Below, piece by piece: positions 59,791 through 64,000 of a DNA stretch of 64,000 nt. Under the pieces are notes generated by a model. The model was not told the DNA's origin. It ran no database searches and saw only the letters and a program-made list of their open reading frames with translations. Location of the stretch: contig NIVC01000024.1 in assembly GCA_002269645.1 (NCBI GenBank), positions 186,001-250,000 of the forward strand, written 5' to 3'. Position 1 is the stretch's first letter. Every line of letters begins with the position of its first letter. A program made the position numbers and the translations under genes. The stretch is from Macrostomum lignano. Its lineage: Eukaryota.

Positions 59791-59804
59791 GTTGCCATGG
59801 CAAC
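59791..59804. promoter_or_regulatory. Perfect RFX X-box palindrome GTTGCCATGGCAAC upstream of RASEF
   Basis: 14-bp perfect match to the RFX consensus, ~380 bp upstream of the likely ATG. Confidence 0.7.
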
Positions 59805-60184
59805 TCAATCAGGAAAGCAGAGGCCCTATATCGATACGGCAGATTTGGGACTGGGAACGCAGATCGATAATGTGATCGGCCAGCACTGCACGGGGAACGG
59901 GGGGGGGAGGGAGCAGGAGACGCGCGGAAGGCCGCCCCACCGAAAACAGAGAGAGACTCCAAAACGAACGAAACGACAAAAAAAGAAATATAGAGAGAGG
60001 GAGAGAGAAAGAGAAAAAATATTTGCCAAGAAAAGTCGCCAGGAATTAAAGAAAAAAGAACTCGCTTCACTGAGAGAACGCAGTGTGGAGCCAGAAATAC
60101 TTAGAAATTTGGCTAGTTTCCGCAGAAGACAAAAGCAATACTCAGATACAGCAAAAGTTCCTCAGCAACAGCGGCGGCAGCAGC

Positions 60185-63100
60185 ATGAACCGCAGCCTGT
60201 CAGCCTCATCGGAGTCGCTGCTAGATGAACTGGCCACGAAGTCGCGCGTCCTGTTCGCCAACCTCGACCGCGACGGCAAAGGCTTCATCGATGCCGGCGA
60301 ACTGGCCGACTTCTGCACCGACATGTCCGAGGAGGAGTGCCAGCGCCTGTTCCGGGAGCTGGACAGGGACGGCGACGGCCGGATCAGCGTGGCCGACTTT
60401 CGCGAAGGCTTCCGCCTGATCAGCCGGACGGTGCATCAGCGCTGCGAGCATCACGAGCAGCGCCGACGCTCGTCCAACGCCTCCACCAACGGCCTGTCGC
60501 CCAAGCCGTACAGCCCGAACAGCTCCAAGGCCAACAGCATCGACGAAGTTGAAGAAGGCGGCTCGGCGTCGGCAGCTGGCGGCGGCAGGCGCTCCGGCAT
60601 CAGCGACCCGGCCTCTCTGGGCGAGTGCCTGCAGAGCCTGAGCTGTCAGGACCAGGTGTTCGAGTTCTACCATCAGCTGGGTGAGGAGCGGCCCACTCTG
60701 TTGGACAACTTCGAGACAGTCCTGGCCGAGCTCATGGCTGTTGTCAAGGCCCTGCAGACAGAGCAGCAACGCCTGGAGCAACTGCTCAGCAGCGAGCGCC
60801 AGCGACACGCTCAAGCGATTCGCGACCTCGAAGTGGAAGTCGAGCACCAGCTGAAATCGGCTGAGCAGGCGGTCCTGTCCCGCGAACGCCAGGGCCTCGA
60901 GCAGGGCGTCCGCGACATGCTGGCCCAGCGAGATGTTGAAATCTCCAGTCTGAAGCAGCAGCTGGCCGCACTGAAGCAGCGCGCAGCCGAAGGTCGCGAG
61001 GTGGACACGGAGACGGCAGCCTACAAGGCTGAGCTGGAGAAAATCCGCTCTGAGAAGAAGGCGCTGCAGCTGGACTTGAGCGGCGCCGAGACTCGGCTGG
61101 CCATTGTCATGAGCGAGGTGGCCACGCTGAAGCAGGCGCTGCAGGACCGCGACCAGCAGCTGCGCAGGGAGCGGGAGTCCATGCAGGAGCAGGTGGGCTG
61201 CGTGCACTGCCTCACTGCCTGTCCCTCACTCTCCCTCCCTGTCACCCTCCGACATGTCACTGTCACCCACTCCCTCACTGTCACCCTCTCCCTCCCTGTC
61301 ACCCTCTCCCTCCCTGTCACCCTCAGACATGTCACTGTCCACCCTCTCCCTCACTGTCACCCTCCGACATGTCACTGTCCACCCTCTCCCTCACTGTCAC
61401 CCTCTCTGTCACCCTCTCCCTCCCTGTCACCCTCTCCCTCCCTGTCACCCTCCGACATGTCACTGTCACCCACTCCCTCCCTGTCACCCTCTCCCTCACT
61501 GTCACCCTCTCCCTCCCTGTCACCCTCTCCCTCACTGTCACCCTCTCCCTCACTGTCACCCTCTCTCTCCCTGTCACCCTCTCCCTCACTGTCACCCTCT
61601 CCCTCACTGTCACCCTCTCCCTCACTGTCACCCTCTCCCTCTCCCTCCCTGTCACCCTCTCCCTCACTGTCACCCTCTCCCTCACTGTCACCCTCTCCCT
61701 CACTGTCACCCTCTCCCTCACTGTCACCCTCTCCCTCACTGTCACCCTCTCCCTCACTGTCACCCTCCGACATGTCACTGTCACCCTCTCCCTCACTGTC
61801 ACCCTCCGACATGTCACTGTCCACCCTCTCCCTCACTGTCACCCTCTCTGTCACCCTCTCCCTCCCTGTCACCCTCTCCCTCCCTGTCACCCTCCGACAT
61901 GTCACTGTCACCCACTCCCTCCCTGTCACCCTCTCCCTCACTGTCACCCTCTCCCTCCCTGTCACCCTCTCCCTCACTGTCACCCTCTCCCTCACTGTCA
62001 CCCTCTCTCTCCCTGTCACCCTCTCCCTCACTGTCACCCTCTCCCTCACTGTCACCCTCTCCCTCCCTGTCACCCTCTCCCTCACTGTCACCCTCTCCCT
62101 CTCCCTCCCTGTCACCCTCTCCCTCACTGTCACCCTCTCCCTCACTGTCACCCTCTCTGTCACCCTCTCCCTCCCTGTCACCCTCTCCCTCCCTGTCACC
62201 CTCCGACATGTCACTGTCACCCACTCCCTCCCTGTCACCCTCTCCCTCACTGTCACCCTCTCCCTCCCTGTCACCCTCTCCCTCACTGTCACCCTCTCCC
62301 TCACTGTCACCCTCTCTCTCCCTGTCACCCTCTCCCTCACTGTCACCCTCTCCCTCACTGTCACCCTCTCCCTCCCTGTCACCCTCTCCCTCCCTGTCAC
62401 CCTCTCCCTCCCTGTCACCCTCTCCCTCACTGTCACCCTCTCCCTCACTGTCACCCTCTCCCTCACTGTCACCCTCTCCCTCACTGTCACCCTCTCCCTC
62501 CCTGTCACCCTCACTGTCACCCTCTCCCTCCCTGTCACCCTCTCCCTCACTGTCACCCTCACTGTCACCCTCTCCCTCATTCTGTCACCCTCTCCCTCAT
62601 TCTGTCACCCTCTCCCTCACTGTCACCCTCTCCCTCATTCTGTCACCCTCTCCCTCATTCTGTCACCCTCTCCCTCACTGTCACCCTCTCCCTCATTCTG
62701 TCACCCTCTCCCTCATTCTGTCACCCTCTCCCACACTGTCACCCTCTCCCTCATTCTCTAAGTCTCTCCCCTCGATCTGTTCCCGTCTTTTATTATTTTA
62801 TCTCCCCCTCCATCCCATCAGGTAACCCCCGATAATCTAGACTCCCCGATCTCTTCCGCATAAAAAAATTGCAAAGCTGCTCACCCCCCCCCGCCCAACC
62901 GCATCGCGATCTCAGGTGCGCGAGCAGGACCGCATCACCCAGCAGCTGCACCTGCTGCACCAGACTAATCGGCAGCTCCGAGACAAGAACGAGGAGCTCC
63001 GCGAAGCCCTGGAGGCCAGCCAGGCCAGCGCTGTGCGCCTTCGCCAGCAGCAGCAGCCGGCCTCGTCCCGCCTGCTCCAGCAGAGCCACCTGGCCGAATC

Positions 63101-63986
63101 TGCCCTGCGAATCTGCGACCCGAACTACCCGAACAGCGGCCGCCGAATGGACAGCTGCGACTTGGACAGCGACAACCCCGACAGCGGCATGTCGACTCTG
63201 CGCGACGTGCCCGACTTGGAGGTCGAAGACGCCGCCAACAACTGGGCAGCGGCAGCCGCCGCCGCAGCAGGGATCTCGGCACCGCCGCCCAGATCGGTGC
63301 GCAGCAGCGGCTACTACAGCCGGCAGAGCAGCAGCAGCGCTTTGGCAGCAGGAAGAGCAACCGCCAGGCACTCCCGCCAGCTGCAGCAGCAGCCGCTGAA
63401 CTCTGAATCAGAAGCTGGCGAAGATGCTGCAGAGGAGGAGCTGTACAGGCTGAGAGAGTACGACATCATTCAGCCTGAGCAGCAGCAGCAGCAGCAGCCG
63501 CATCAGGTGTCATCGCTCAGACGCTCCGTCAGCCGCCAGGTTGCTCAAAACTTCGACGAAGACGCGGACGAGCAGCCGGCCTTGATGTCGCGCCACTCCG
63601 GCTCCCGAGCTCACCTGGGCGTGTCTACCGATTCGCTGCAGCGCAGTCAGGAGTGCCTCAGCGGGCACAGCGCCATCACCAACGTGCCCAGGAGGGACCG
63701 TCGCGGTGGCGGCGGCGCGGGAAGTCGTCGGCAGAAGCCGGAATCGAGTCCGGGACGGCAGGCGGCCGCTGGCCAAGAGGCGTCGACATCGTGCGCGATT
63801 GTCACCGTGTCGGGCAACCCGGAGCGCATGTTCAAAGTGGTGCTGGCTGGCGACGCCGCCGTCGGCAAGTCCAGCTTCATCATGAGGCTGTGCGACAACC
63901 GGTTCACGGAGAACACCACGGCCACTCTCGGGGTGGACTTCAAGACTAAGATTATCGCCGTTGATGGGCGCGTATTTGCACTGCAG
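60185..63986 (+). CDS. RASEF: RAS and EF-hand domain-containing protein (Rab45 family); 3' partial
   Basis: Exons 60185-61192 and 62916-63986 (phase 0, GT-AG). Two EF hands ([24 protein letters not shown]), a coiled coil, then the Rab domain start [16 protein letters not shown]...[10 protein letters not shown]...ALQ|GT. Continues beyond the window. Confidence 0.9.
61205..62758. repeat. 18-bp-type CT-rich minisatellite CTGTCACCCTCTCCCTCA (RASEF intron)
   Basis: Direct periodicity. Confidence 0.95.
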
Positions 63987-64000
63987 GTGGGTGCACATCA

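Noticed and set aside
59773-60228. 151-aa Lys/Arg/Glu-rich ORF overlapping the RASEF 5' end
   Set aside because: Its ATG lies within the X-box palindrome, it crosses (GA)n and A-rich low-complexity sequence, and it is out of frame with RASEF.
60083-62761. 892-aa ORF as a single-exon protein
   Set aside because: After codon Q at 61192 there is a GT donor, and the rest is a translated CT-rich intronic array. Exon 2 at 62916 continues the RASEF coiled coil in phase.

Overview
Eukaryotic (animal) genomic DNA. GC-rich exons, AT-rich spacers and minisatellite-filled introns resemble the flatworm Macrostomum; this organism assignment is inference only. I reconstructed spliced, frame-consistent models for six genes plus one weaker model: TXNDC17/TRP14 (+), a PTB-domain protein (-), a two-domain CNBD2-like cNMP-binding protein (-, 5' end unresolved), Nemo-like kinase NLK (-), WAPL (-), RASEF/Rab45 (+, runs off the window) and a possible orphan single-pass membrane protein (-). 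There is also one tRNA-Arg(CCG), about 25 tandem-repeat arrays, and several small mobile elements with visible termini or target-site duplications: a solo LTR, an 84-bp hAT-type MITE, a 786-bp TIR element present twice, and a tRNA-derived SINE. Most long ORFs in the supplied track are repeat artefacts. The most unusual signals are: (1) a 111-bp module present twice that contains a diverged copy of the 28S rRNA H69-H71 segment, scrambled mainly at the R2/I-PpoI cut site, with one copy inside a MITE; (2) sharp CpG deserts just downstream of putative housekeeping promoters; (3) an in-frame 18-bp VNTR made of splice-donor motifs in the CNBD gene; (4) two inverted 23-bp arrays carrying over 100 E2F-consensus sites. 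All coordinates and counts were read by eye; no database searches were run.
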